From NCBI GenBank assembly GCA_051747585.1, contig JBNJGH010000063.1, forward strand, positions 1-20,325: 20,325 nucleotides of DNA, written 5' to 3'. Below, in pieces: positions 1-8,376 of this stretch; the stretch's first letter is position 1; every line of letters starts with the position of its first letter. The notes below the pieces were generated by a model that did no database searches, was not told the origin of the DNA, and was given only the letters and a program-made list of their open reading frames with translations. The translations under genes were made by a program, and so were the position numbers. The DNA comes from Candidatus Rifleibacteriota bacterium. Its GTDB lineage: Bacteria; Muiribacteriota; Ozemobacteria; Ozemobacterales; Ozemobacteraceae.

Positions 1-1
1 C

Positions 2-3000
2 ACAAAATTTATCGGTGTCAGTTCTTCTAAATTCAATGACGCAAGTTATGTTTATGCTTTAGGCAAATCGGTTATTAATCAATGGATGCTCGATGCAGCT
101 GCCCCCTCAGGCATGTTGATTAATGAAATTGAAGACCTGGCTGTTTCAGACCAATGGTGGCTTACCGGTGGAATTGTATACGTTTATGATAAAACCAAAA
201 GAAAAGTTTACAAGTTTGCGCGCAATGAAGGAGGCTCTGCGGGTTTGCCGGAGGAAATCAGTGTCGATGACGACGGCATAGCACCTGATTCGATAGGTGC
301 AGACGGCTTTGGTCATCTTTATCTGGTAAAAACAAATTTTGAACCTTCAAAATCTGCTGATTTCGAACCCAAAGATGCTTATCATATTGATCCGAACTCT
401 ATGTGGCCTAACAGGTATCGCGCATATTTCAAACAGAATGTTTATAAAACTGTTTTTAAGCGAGATTATTATACCAAGGCTATCAACAAAGTTCCCGGAG
501 GGGTCTTGCTTGGTTCGAATAAGTTCTATCGCGATTTTTATAGCAAAGATGTTTCTGATTTAACCAGTTGGGTTTGGCTAACCGGCTTTGTTCAGTATGG
601 CCCCGTTGTCGATACTGAATATAGGACAGAATTAGCAGTTATTAACAGCGCAACACCTCCCGAAGTAACAAACACCGATGCTGTGTGTGATGTCGCCGGT
701 CCCCTGAAAATATCAGGAACTGATTTGATTTACGAGGATTTGGATGAATACAAGGAAGATGAATATTATGTTTTCGAAGTAGAAAACAGCCCTGATTTCG
801 ATGTTAATGGTGTTAATACCGGCAACCTGGGGGATGATGTAGATGGAGATAATAGAATTGGGCGTTTCCCTTCAACTGCTCACGAGGACTCCCTTAAATA
901 TTACTGGAAAATAATACAGCTCAAAGACCGACATGGCAATGAAGTAAATAATGAGATTTTAAACCAGGAAAAAAATGGAACAAACGGAGACTATCGTCTG
1001 GTAAGATCTTTCCCCGGTGGTGAATACCAGGTTGGGGTTAAAGTTCGATATAAATATTATGATTATTCAAAACTTGATCCAGGTGACATGGCAGACAAAA
1101 AAGATACGGTTTTAACCGGTCCTTATACTGCAGCTGCTGAAGACGGTGACGGTTATTCCTGGTGCACCTTTGCGATTAAATATTACCCGCCGCCACCAGA
1201 TCCTCAGGGCGAAGGTGTTATTATGAGCGGTATGCCGGGATCTGCGGGCAGTTATAATTACAGGCCAAGTAAATCAGATGCCCAGTCCTGGTCAGGCTGG
1301 AAGGACGCCGTCCCGCCGGCGATCAAACATCCAAAGTTTGTTATAAAGGAAAAAAGCGATTGGTCTTTTAAAATTCGTGATAGTTTGACCAATCTTGATA
1401 ATGGTTTAGATAGAGTTGATCAGATGAAACAGGACGATCCACCTCATCCCAATCCCGGGGACCCGAAAATTGCAACCAATTCGATTAAATGGATAAGTGA
1501 AGAACCTTCTTATTCATGGACAGCAGACGTTACCTGGGTAAACGGCGAGGGTATGAACGTGAGAATTGAGACTGAGGAGGAAGTGATAACATCCGGGCAA
1601 ATTAAAAAACTGTTTAAAGTGCCCTCACAGCCAAGGTCTTATGAATTTACAGTTAAAGGCAGCAGGGCTTACGAATATAAACAATATATTTATGATTTTG
1701 CTAAAGATGAGTATGTCAGTATTTCAATTCCGAAAGTTGTAAAAATAGAAGCTCAGGCAGAAGTTATTGTTACTGATGAAACCGGACCGGCAATATCTTT
1801 TGATAATCCTTATTATGATTCTGATTCGCCTAAGCCTGGTGTAAGTGAGACCAACAAGGCTTTCTTCTGCTCTCACAAGGTTCTTTATGGTACAACCGGT
1901 GAAACCCTTGCAAATACTGCTGGCAAAAGTAATCCTGACAAGATAGTTTTTGTGGTTGCCGACAACAATCCCAATGCTTTTGCCGCTAAGGAATCCTATT
2001 CTGACCAATTCTTTCCTTCTATCAAGATGAGTCATAATACCGATTTGTTGTTTGCAAGATTCGGCTACTACAACACCAGCGGTTTAGTGCCGATTGGCGA
2101 TGGCACTTTAAGTCCACCGCACCTTTCCTGGTATCACTATAAGAGTATTCCATATACCGGCAAGACGCCACTCGACGAGGCAAATTGTGAGTTGCTTGCC
2201 GAAGATCTTGATAAAGACAGCTTTAAAAGCATTTCCTGGATATCCTCAGATCAATACAATCCGTCGTTTTCATATCGAAAATATACGATGAAGGTTGAAG
2301 ATATAATACATTTTGCCTACGATAAACTTAATAAAAACTACTATCCCTACATGGATACCGACTATGCTAATAGCGTAGCTGATTATAAAAATCTAAAATA
2401 TGGTTTATACTGGCAGGAGCCAAGTGGCAAAAAATGGTCGGGTAACTTTTATGAATCAGGTGAAATTGTGATTAGAGATAACGACAGGCCGAATATCTTT
2501 GTAAAAATGAAAGACTTGAAATACGACGATTTCGAGTATGTTGCACCTGGTCGTTTGAAAGCTGAAGCTTGGGGCGAATGGAAGAACCTCTTTGGCGATG
2601 TCACCAATGGTCCATTATCATTAAGCGGCACAATAGCCGGTATAGACAACAACTTCAAGTTTCTTGCGCTTGATGAAGTTACAACCCAATTCTATAGAAC
2701 CGGCGCAAATGAAACCTCCAAACTTGAGGTTGATGTTCCGGCTTTCTTTGAAGTTGTAGCATTCGACAACTGTTCGCCGGTCGAAATCGAAGAATTCAGC
2801 ATAATTAAAGATGGTGGATTGGCAGGTGACGAAGAATTTTTCGTTACCAATAGCAAACAAAAGCATCTTTTCAGAGAGCCGGGTACTTATAAAATTACGG
2901 TTCGCTGTAAAGACGATGCTCTAGGCTGGCCGTCAGATCCAGCCCAGCCGGTTGCAACTGCCGGTAACAGTAGTAATAAGCGAGAAATGGAAATAGATCT

Positions 3001-3061
3001 CGAAGTTCTGAATACCAGACTTGATGTAAGAATTATCGAGCGACAAAGAGACGACAATTAA
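2..3061 (+). CDS. Large exported/surface protein, 5'-truncated by the window edge; beta-rich multi-domain protein and candidate pilus-associated adhesin
   Basis: The frame is open from base 2 (TKFIGVSSSKFNDASYVYALGKSVINQWM...), so the Met at 86 is internal. It has propeller-like strands (DLAVSDQWW..GGIVYVYD, DSIGADGFGHLYLV), acidic loops (DFDVNG, DVDGDN), Ig-like domain junctions (VIVTDETGP, IVIRDNDRP) and a PKD-like end (HLFREPGTYKITVRCKD). The stop abuts the first pilin-like gene. Confidence 0.75.
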   Translation, partial: TKFIGVSSSKFNDASYVYALGKSVINQWMLDAAAPSGMLINEIEDLAVSDQWWLTGGIVYVYDKTKRKVYKFARNEGGSAGLPEEISVDDDGIAPDSIGADGFGHLYLVKTNFEPSKSADFEPKDAYHIDPNSMWPNRYRAYFKQNVYKTVFKRDYYTKAINKVPGGVLLGSNKFYRDFYSKDVSDLTSWVWLTGFVQYGPVVDTEYRTELAVINSATPPEVTNTDAVCDVAGPLKISGTDLIYEDLDEYKEDEYYVFEVENSPDFDVNGVNTGNLGDDVDGDNRIGRFPSTAHEDSLKYYWKIIQLKDRHGNEVNNEILNQEKNGTNGDYRLVRSFPGGEYQVGVKVRYKYYDYSKLDPGDMADKKDTVLTGPYTAAAEDGDGYSWCTFAIKYYPPPPDPQGEGVIMSGMPGSAGSYNYRPSKSDAQSWSGWKDAVPPAIKHPKFVIKEKSDWSFKIRDSLTNLDNGLDRVDQMKQDDPPHPNPGDPKIATNSIKWISEEPSYSWTADVTWVNGEGMNVRIETEEEVITSGQIKKLFKVPSQPRSYEFTVKGSRAYEYKQYIYDFAKDEYVSISIPKVVKIEAQAEVIVTDETGPAISFDNPYYDSDSPKPGVSETNKAFFCSHKVLYGTTGETLANTAGKSNPDKIVFVVADNNPNAFAAKESYSDQFFPSIKMSHNTDLLFARFGYYNTSGLVPIGDGTLSPPHLSWYHYKSIPYTGKTPLDEANCELLAEDLDKDSFKSISWISSDQYNPSFSYRKYTMKVEDIIHFAYDKLNKNYYPYMDTDYANSVADYKNLKYGLYWQEPSGKKWSGNFYESGEIVIRDNDRPNIFVKMKDLKYDDFEYVAPGRLKAEAWGEWKNLFGDVTNGPLSLSGTIAGIDNNFKFLALDEVTTQFYRTGANETSKLEVDVPAFFEVVAFDNCSPVEIEEFSIIKDGGLAGDEEFFVTNSKQKHLFREPGTYKITVRCKDDALGWPSDPAQPVATAGNSSNKREMEIDLEVLNTRLDVRIIERQRDDN

Positions 3062-3679
3062 TTGAAGCAAAACAACACATTTAATCCAGATAAGCGAAGT
3101 GGCTGCCCTTACAGGGCAGGCATTTCGCTTATTGAAATAATGATTGCTTTTGCAATTCTGGTTGTTTCGGCATTTTCGATTTCAGGCCTTATCAGCTATG
3201 GCCATCGGGGAACTCAAAAAGATTTTCGCAATGTACTGTCAATTCAATTGCTCGAGCAGAAAATGAATCAGGTTTTGACTCTTTCTTACGAAAAGGTTTC
3301 TGACGGACTTCTGGCAGGAAATACTGAAATTACGGTTGAAGATACTATTTTTAAAGATACTGATTATGAAATAGCTCTTGGAGATATAAAGGTTGATAAA
3401 ACAGATTATAAGGTAACGGTAAAGTTTGAAAAAATTCCCGTATCTTTTGAAGTAAGGCCATTTGAAATTGATAATGATTATGAGTTTGATGATGTTACAA
3501 CCTATAAATTTGGTGCAGAAACTTCTGAATTGGCTAAATTCGATGGTAGTAATGCTCAGAAAAATCGTTACCGGACAATAAAGGTGACTGCTAAAGTTAC
3601 CTGGACTGAACCAATCGTAGAAGTTGATCGCGAAGTTCAAGCTGTTAGTATGATGGTAGATCTGGAGAGCACATGGTAA
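3062..3679 (+). CDS. Type IV pilin-like protein with prepilin N-terminal cleavage/methylation motif (PilV/GspI-like)
   Basis: A basic leader is followed by RAG|ISLIEIMIAFAILVVSAFSISGLI, with Glu at +5 and a hydrophobic helix. The C-terminus is beta-rich (IKVTAKVTWTE). The TTG start directly follows the upstream TAA. Confidence 0.85.
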   Translation: MKQNNTFNPDKRSGCPYRAGISLIEIMIAFAILVVSAFSISGLISYGHRGTQKDFRNVLSIQLLEQKMNQVLTLSYEKVSDGLLAGNTEITVEDTIFKDTDYEIALGDIKVDKTDYKVTVKFEKIPVSFEVRPFEIDNDYEFDDVTTYKFGAETSELAKFDGSNAQKNRYRTIKVTAKVTWTEPIVEVDREVQAVSMMVDLESTW

Positions 3680-4191
3680 ATCGCAGAGGAATAGCACTGA
3701 TCCTGGTTTTGTCATTATCACTGTTTATGTTGATACTTGGTATGTCATACATGCGTAATGTGTCGCAAGTGTCTACTTCGAACCCTAAAAGGCTTAAGCA
3801 GATTCAGGCTGATTTTTTTGCCCGCGGTATTCAAAGGCTTGCTGTTCTTAAATTCAAAGCCTTGCCTGCAGATTTTTATCATGCTTATCGTTATAAGATT
3901 GCCGATGAAAAAAAACCGCGAGATCCTGATTTACCGGTATTTGATCCATCACCTTATGCGGTATTTCTAGGAGACAAGGGTAGCATTCTCCAGGATAGAG
4001 ATGGTATTGCCGATCCTGTTCCGATAGAGGGGTATAACACCAGATATATTGTTAATTCATCGAGCAAGTTTGACCATGATATGATAGATATAGTTGTGAA
4101 CGTTCAGATGGAAGATTATTCGCAGAATTTCACCGTCACCTATGACGCGAGCCGCTCATTGGTTCTACCTCCACCTCCGCCGGCTCCTTAA
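3673..4191 (+). CDS. Type IV pilin-like protein lacking Glu+5 (PilX/GspK-like)
   Basis: MVNRRG|IALILVLSLSLFMLILGMSY has a hydrophobic residue at +5, the PilX/GspK signature. QADFFARGIQRLA resembles the PilX N-terminal helix. GGAG RBS and ATGGTAA overlap with the upstream stop. Confidence 0.8.
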   Translation: MVNRRGIALILVLSLSLFMLILGMSYMRNVSQVSTSNPKRLKQIQADFFARGIQRLAVLKFKALPADFYHAYRYKIADEKKPRDPDLPVFDPSPYAVFLGDKGSILQDRDGIADPVPIEGYNTRYIVNSSSKFDHDMIDIVVNVQMEDYSQNFTVTYDASRSLVLPPPPPAP

Positions 4192-4203
4192 TGGTACAAA
4201 ACT

Positions 4204-4941
4204 ATGTATAGACAAAGTAGAAAAACAAAAGCCGTAACACTTGTGGAAATAATGATTGCTACCTTTGTGCTTTCCATATTTATCACCTCCATATTCATGG
4301 TTTTTAGAAGCAGCAGTAAATCATTCAGTTCCGGCGCCTGGCGGGTTCAAAACCAGAAACGGTTACAGGTATTCCTGGCTCGATTGAAAGATTTGTTGGA
4401 AAAAGCAAACAACGCCCATAGCATAGGAACCGAAGGCACCCTGGGAGTAGAGACTCTTCCAATTAGTATTAACGACAAAGTTAAAGATACGGATTTTGAA
4501 GTTAGGGGCCAAGACCTCGATTTAATGTTTTTTGCAATTACCGAGTCTTATAAGGAGGGGCAGCCTGACTATGGTGTTGCTGAAAAAACCGGGTCATGGC
4601 TCGGGGTAGCCTTGCTCTGCAGAGGCGATAAGCTTATATTGAAAGCAGAAGGCGACTGGGATGAATTTGCATCTGATTGTGCTCCTCCGGCTACTTTGCG
4701 GCCAGCGGATATGGCAAATTTTCCGGGTCGGGATTCAATGAATTTAAAAATGACGCTAAACGATGTCGAATCGGTTTCAATTTCTACTCCGGACGATATA
4801 ACAATTGATAAGGAAACCGGGCATATGCGGGTTAAGGTTACTTTGCGCCGTTATGACGGCAAGAGAAAAACAGACTCCAGGATTGTCGAAGAAATCGGTG
4901 TTAGTTTAATTGAAAAGGATCCGGAGGTTACTACGTTTTGA
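4204..4941 (+). CDS. Type IV pilin-like protein with prepilin N-terminal cleavage/methylation motif (PilW/GspJ-like)
   Basis: MYRQSRKTKA|VTLVEIMIATFVLSIFITSIFMVF has Glu at +5, followed by a long amphipathic helix (QKRLQVFLARLKDLLEKA). Confidence 0.85.
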   Translation: MYRQSRKTKAVTLVEIMIATFVLSIFITSIFMVFRSSSKSFSSGAWRVQNQKRLQVFLARLKDLLEKANNAHSIGTEGTLGVETLPISINDKVKDTDFEVRGQDLDLMFFAITESYKEGQPDYGVAEKTGSWLGVALLCRGDKLILKAEGDWDEFASDCAPPATLRPADMANFPGRDSMNLKMTLNDVESVSISTPDDITIDKETGHMRVKVTLRRYDGKRKTDSRIVEEIGVSLIEKDPEVTTF

Positions 4942-5660
4942 TTAAATTAATAAAATTTCCGGTTGCTCTGTTATCACTCTTAGTGTTTCTTATGTTGCAA
5001 CAATCGGTTGCCAGTGCCTGTGATGATTTTTATCTTGAGTGGAGAAAACTTGAGATGGATCCAATAGTCGAGGTTCCTGATGGAGTTTTGGGAGTTTCTG
5101 AAGCTGTAGCTCGATTGAGAACAATGCTTAAAATTGAAAGAATAATCAAAAAAGATCAGGTTCCGAGACTTGTTTTTGCATTTATTGGCTGGGGCGAAGG
5201 AGAGACTCCTGCTGATAAGGATCAGATTGAAGCTGTTAACGATTCTTTTGCTCTTTTTTTTCCAGAGGAGAAGATAATTTGCAATAAAGAGAACCTGGTT
5301 GAAGTGCCGGATTATAAAAAAATGTCGGCTGTTCTTAGCTCAGCTGCTGATAACGAATACGCAGTTTCATTTATAGTAAGGCAAAATAAAATGCAGTGGC
5401 AATATTATTTAACAAAAGATTTGAGCAGTATGTTCAAACTCAGGGTTGTGTTAAAAGAATGGGTTAAAGCTGAATGTAAGTTGGTAAATAAAGCCGGCAG
5501 GCTTGTTTATTTTGATACATTTGAAGTTAAACCTTCGTTGCTGAGCGACTTTAATTATGAAACCAATGGTTTTGTAGAAATGAATGCTGAGCGATATGGC
5601 TCAGATTTAATAATGAATGTTATTGCAGAAAATCTGCCTGAACCAATTACGCAGCGTTGA
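4938..5660 (+). CDS. Hypothetical exported protein (signal peptide, possibly lipoprotein)
   Basis: TTG start overlaps the upstream TGA (TTGA), with GGAGG at 4923-4927. The N-terminus MIKLIKFPVALLSLLVFLMLQQSVASA|C fits an SPI site or a relaxed lipobox. Confidence 0.75.
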   Translation: MIKLIKFPVALLSLLVFLMLQQSVASACDDFYLEWRKLEMDPIVEVPDGVLGVSEAVARLRTMLKIERIIKKDQVPRLVFAFIGWGEGETPADKDQIEAVNDSFALFFPEEKIICNKENLVEVPDYKKMSAVLSSAADNEYAVSFIVRQNKMQWQYYLTKDLSSMFKLRVVLKEWVKAECKLVNKAGRLVYFDTFEVKPSLLSDFNYETNGFVEMNAERYGSDLIMNVIAENLPEPITQR

Positions 5661-5663
5661 AAT

Positions 5664-5693
5664 TTGACTTTTACCGTGCATTTGTAGTATATT
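5664..5693 (+). promoter_or_regulatory. Putative sigma70-type promoter for the 84-aa gene
   Basis: TTGACT (5664-5669), 18-nt spacer, TATATT (5688-5693). SD GGAGGA at 5715-5720 precedes ATG 5728. Confidence 0.6.
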
Positions 5694-5727
5694 GAGTGTT
5701 CAACTTCCGGAAGGGGAGGATTGCTAA

Positions 5728-5982
5728 ATGGCACGTGCAAAGACCATTAAAAAAGCTGGTACTGCCAGCGAAGGTAAAGCAACCAGAAAAAAGGCAAAAG
5801 CTAAATCAGCTGATGCCAGAGAATATTCCATGAATGAAACTTTTACCAAAGGTGAAATGGTATACCATAAGGTATGGGATGACACAGGTGAAGTTCTAGA
5901 AGTTGGTACGACCGATGATGGAATTAATAAAATGAAGGTTGCATTCGAAAAGGTTGGAGTTAAGAACCTTCGAATGGGTTAA
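5728..5982 (+). CDS. Small protein: Lys/Ala-rich basic tail plus stand-alone PcrA/UvrD C-terminal-like Tudor domain
   Basis: FTKGEMVYHKVWDDTGEVLEV...MKVAFEKVGVKNL matches the pattern G-x-x-V-x-H-x-x-[WF]-(G)-x-G-x-V...V-x-F-x-x-x-G-x-K-x-L of the PcrA/UvrD C-terminal domain. It has a strong SD and its own promoter and terminator. Confidence 0.75.
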   Translation: MARAKTIKKAGTASEGKATRKKAKAKSADAREYSMNETFTKGEMVYHKVWDDTGEVLEVGTTDDGINKMKVAFEKVGVKNLRMG

Positions 5983-6002
5983 ACTAAATTTCCAGCTAGA
6001 TT

Positions 6003-6027
6003 AAAGGCCCGGTTTCCGGGTCTTTTT
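6003..6027 (+). terminator. Intrinsic terminator after the 84-aa gene
   Basis: AAAGGCCCGG-TTT-CCGGGTCTTTTT forms a GC-rich stem with one G:U pair, followed by a T5 tract. Confidence 0.7.
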
Positions 6028-6055
6028 CAGATTAAGGAGAGAGTCGGAGGATAGC

Positions 6056-8353
6056 TTGGAAAACGGATTGGACTTGAGGCAGAGAGGCCTCTGGCTACTT
6101 AAACCATGTACTAAAAGGTTAACTGGCTTTCTTTCCCATAAAGATATCAGGTTAAGAAGCGAAGGAGCTAAATCTCTTGGCAAGTTAGGTGACCCTGAAT
6201 CCGTTGAGCCGTTGATAGAGGCTCTGCTAAGAGAAAAACAAGATGAGCAGATGCCCCTGGCGTTGGCAGAAATTGGTGACTATTCCGCTCTCGAGCCTTT
6301 GCTTGAAGCTTTTAAAGAAGCAGACCGTGAAGTCAGGCCGAATATTGCTATCGCCCTGGGTGCTTTTAAAGACGAGAGGGTAGTTAAAACTCTAATCGAG
6401 GCCTTGTCTGACCTCGATCCCAATGTAAGATTTAACAGCATTACATCGCTGGGGCGTTTAAAAGACAGTTCTGCTGTTTCACCACTGTTAGGCTGTCTGG
6501 GCGAAACTAACGAATGGATTTTTCTCAATGTAGTCGATGCTCTGGCGAAGCTGGGTGCGCACAGAGCCACCAATCCGCTGGTGGCTTTTTATCTCAAGGA
6601 AAGAAACGAGCGCAAAAGATCTGCTCTTATTACTGCGTTAGGCGATATTGCTGATTTAACCTCGGTTCCAACCCTTACCAGGGCATTAAGAGACACGGAT
6701 GATCGTGTAAAAGCAAATGCTATCGAAAGTCTGGGTAAACTCGACCTTCCGGCTGAAAAAGCTATGAATCTAATTCAGCCTTTTTTAAGGCATCCCAATA
6801 ATCGTGTTCGCGGTAATGCAATGGTTCTGGCAGGCAAGCTGGGAAAATCAGACCTTACTTCTTATATGAAAATGATGCTCGATGATCCTGAAAAGTGGAT
6901 AAGAGCAACGCTTGGCTATGTTCTTTCTGTTATTGAGCACTCGGATGCGCTTGAGATGATCATCGAGTTGTTAAAAGATGAAGACCCCGATGTAAGAAAA
7001 AATGCGGCTTTAGCGCTGTCAAAACGTGCTTGTCAGGCTCAGACAGAATTGTTAATCAAAATGTTGTCAGATTCAATTCCTTTTGTCAGGCTGCAGTCGG
7101 TCATTACTCTCGGAAGGCTTAAAATTGTCTCTGCGGTGCCCTGGCTGGTAAAAATGTTGAAGTCCGATAGAAATTTTAAAATCAGGTCTGCTGTTGTTAC
7201 CAGTTTGGGCCATATAAACGATAAAAACGGTTTGCCGACCCTGCAATCGGCCTTACGAGACAGAGATTCAAGAGTCAGAGCCAATGCGGTTGAGGCTATA
7301 GAAGAAGTGCTTCAAGAAGCTTCGATTCAAGTTTTACGTCCGCTGCTCAATGATCCCGATAATAGAACAAGATCTAATGTTACCAAAAGCCTTTTTCGTC
7401 AGGGGGATCTTGAAGTTATTAATGATCTGGAAAAAATGCTTGGTGCAAAAGAAATTTCTACCAGAGTCTCTGCTGCTTATGCAGTAGGGCAGATAGGGCT
7501 TGCACTAAAAGAAATTGAAGTGACTCCTTTACAGGATCCACTCAAAAGTGCCCTCGAAAAAATTCAACCACCTGAAAGCTTTATTGCTGGTTTTAAACAA
7601 AAATTTGCTCCTGAAAATTCTGATCAGAATGTTGAAGGGCCTGACCTTAAAGAAGAAGAGGAGAAACAAGAAGCTCAGGTTCCCGAGAATAAGGATGAGT
7701 TACGCAAAGTATTTTTAAAACATTTTCGAGAAGGTCGTCTCAAGCAATCTTTACAGCTTGCCCTTGAGTATCTGAAAAAATATCCCCACGATCTTATGGC
7801 GAACTTTTTTGTCGGAAACCTTTATTTTCAAATCAGTAAATTTGAAGAGGCTACTAAATATTTCGAGAAAACCGTTGAACTCGATCCCTTTCATGTGCAG
7901 GCAATCAGTAATCTTGGCATTACATATTACAGGTGCGGCAAATTGCATGAGGCAATAGAATTTTTTAAAAAGGCTTTGCATTTAAAACCGGAAATGTCGT
8001 CGATAAGATTTAACCTGGCAAGCCTTTATTTAAAGACCAATCGATGGGAAGAGGCTTTAAGACAGTTTCAGGAAGGGTTAAGATATAAGAAACCAACTGC
8101 AAGAATTATGACGAATATGGCTTTTGCCTACCAGAAAACCGGAAATTTTGATAAAGCGGTTGAATCATATAAAAAAGCCGCTTCTTTAAATCCTGAAGAT
8201 AGCGGTATTTACTATAACTGGGCTATTATTCTTGCCAGAACAGGCAGCAAACTTGCGGCCATGCAATTGATAAGCAAAGCTTTGAAGATTGTTCCTGTTT
8301 CATCGCCTGGAGCCAAAAGCCTCAAAGATCTTCTTGAAAGGCTGAAAAGTTAA
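6056..8353 (+). CDS. HEAT (PBS-lyase-like) repeat protein with C-terminal TPR array
   Basis: About 14 repeats of L..D.D..VR.NA...LG (e.g. LSDLDPNVRFNSITSLG, LRDTDDRVKANAIESLG), then an acidic linker, then about 5 TPRs (e.g. AISNLGITYYRCGKLHEAIEFFKKALHLKP). TTG start with GGAGG at 6046-6050. Confidence 0.9.
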   Translation: MENGLDLRQRGLWLLKPCTKRLTGFLSHKDIRLRSEGAKSLGKLGDPESVEPLIEALLREKQDEQMPLALAEIGDYSALEPLLEAFKEADREVRPNIAIALGAFKDERVVKTLIEALSDLDPNVRFNSITSLGRLKDSSAVSPLLGCLGETNEWIFLNVVDALAKLGAHRATNPLVAFYLKERNERKRSALITALGDIADLTSVPTLTRALRDTDDRVKANAIESLGKLDLPAEKAMNLIQPFLRHPNNRVRGNAMVLAGKLGKSDLTSYMKMMLDDPEKWIRATLGYVLSVIEHSDALEMIIELLKDEDPDVRKNAALALSKRACQAQTELLIKMLSDSIPFVRLQSVITLGRLKIVSAVPWLVKMLKSDRNFKIRSAVVTSLGHINDKNGLPTLQSALRDRDSRVRANAVEAIEEVLQEASIQVLRPLLNDPDNRTRSNVTKSLFRQGDLEVINDLEKMLGAKEISTRVSAAYAVGQIGLALKEIEVTPLQDPLKSALEKIQPPESFIAGFKQKFAPENSDQNVEGPDLKEEEEKQEAQVPENKDELRKVFLKHFREGRLKQSLQLALEYLKKYPHDLMANFFVGNLYFQISKFEEATKYFEKTVELDPFHVQAISNLGITYYRCGKLHEAIEFFKKALHLKPEMSSIRFNLASLYLKTNRWEEALRQFQEGLRYKKPTARIMTNMAFAYQKTGNFDKAVESYKKAASLNPEDSGIYYNWAIILARTGSKLAAMQLISKALKIVPVSSPGAKSLKDLLERLKS

Positions 8354-8376
8354 TATCAACTTTAAGAGGTAGAAAA

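Noticed and set aside
86..88. ATG 86 as the start of the large protein
   Set aside because: The frame is open to the window edge, and there is no SD or signal peptide at this Met.
339..3970. Short alternative-frame and antisense ORFs (339-563, 1724-2035, 2449-2658, 2621-2866, 3239-3721, 3737-3970)
   Set aside because: They overlap well-supported genes entirely and have no motifs; they are shadow ORFs.
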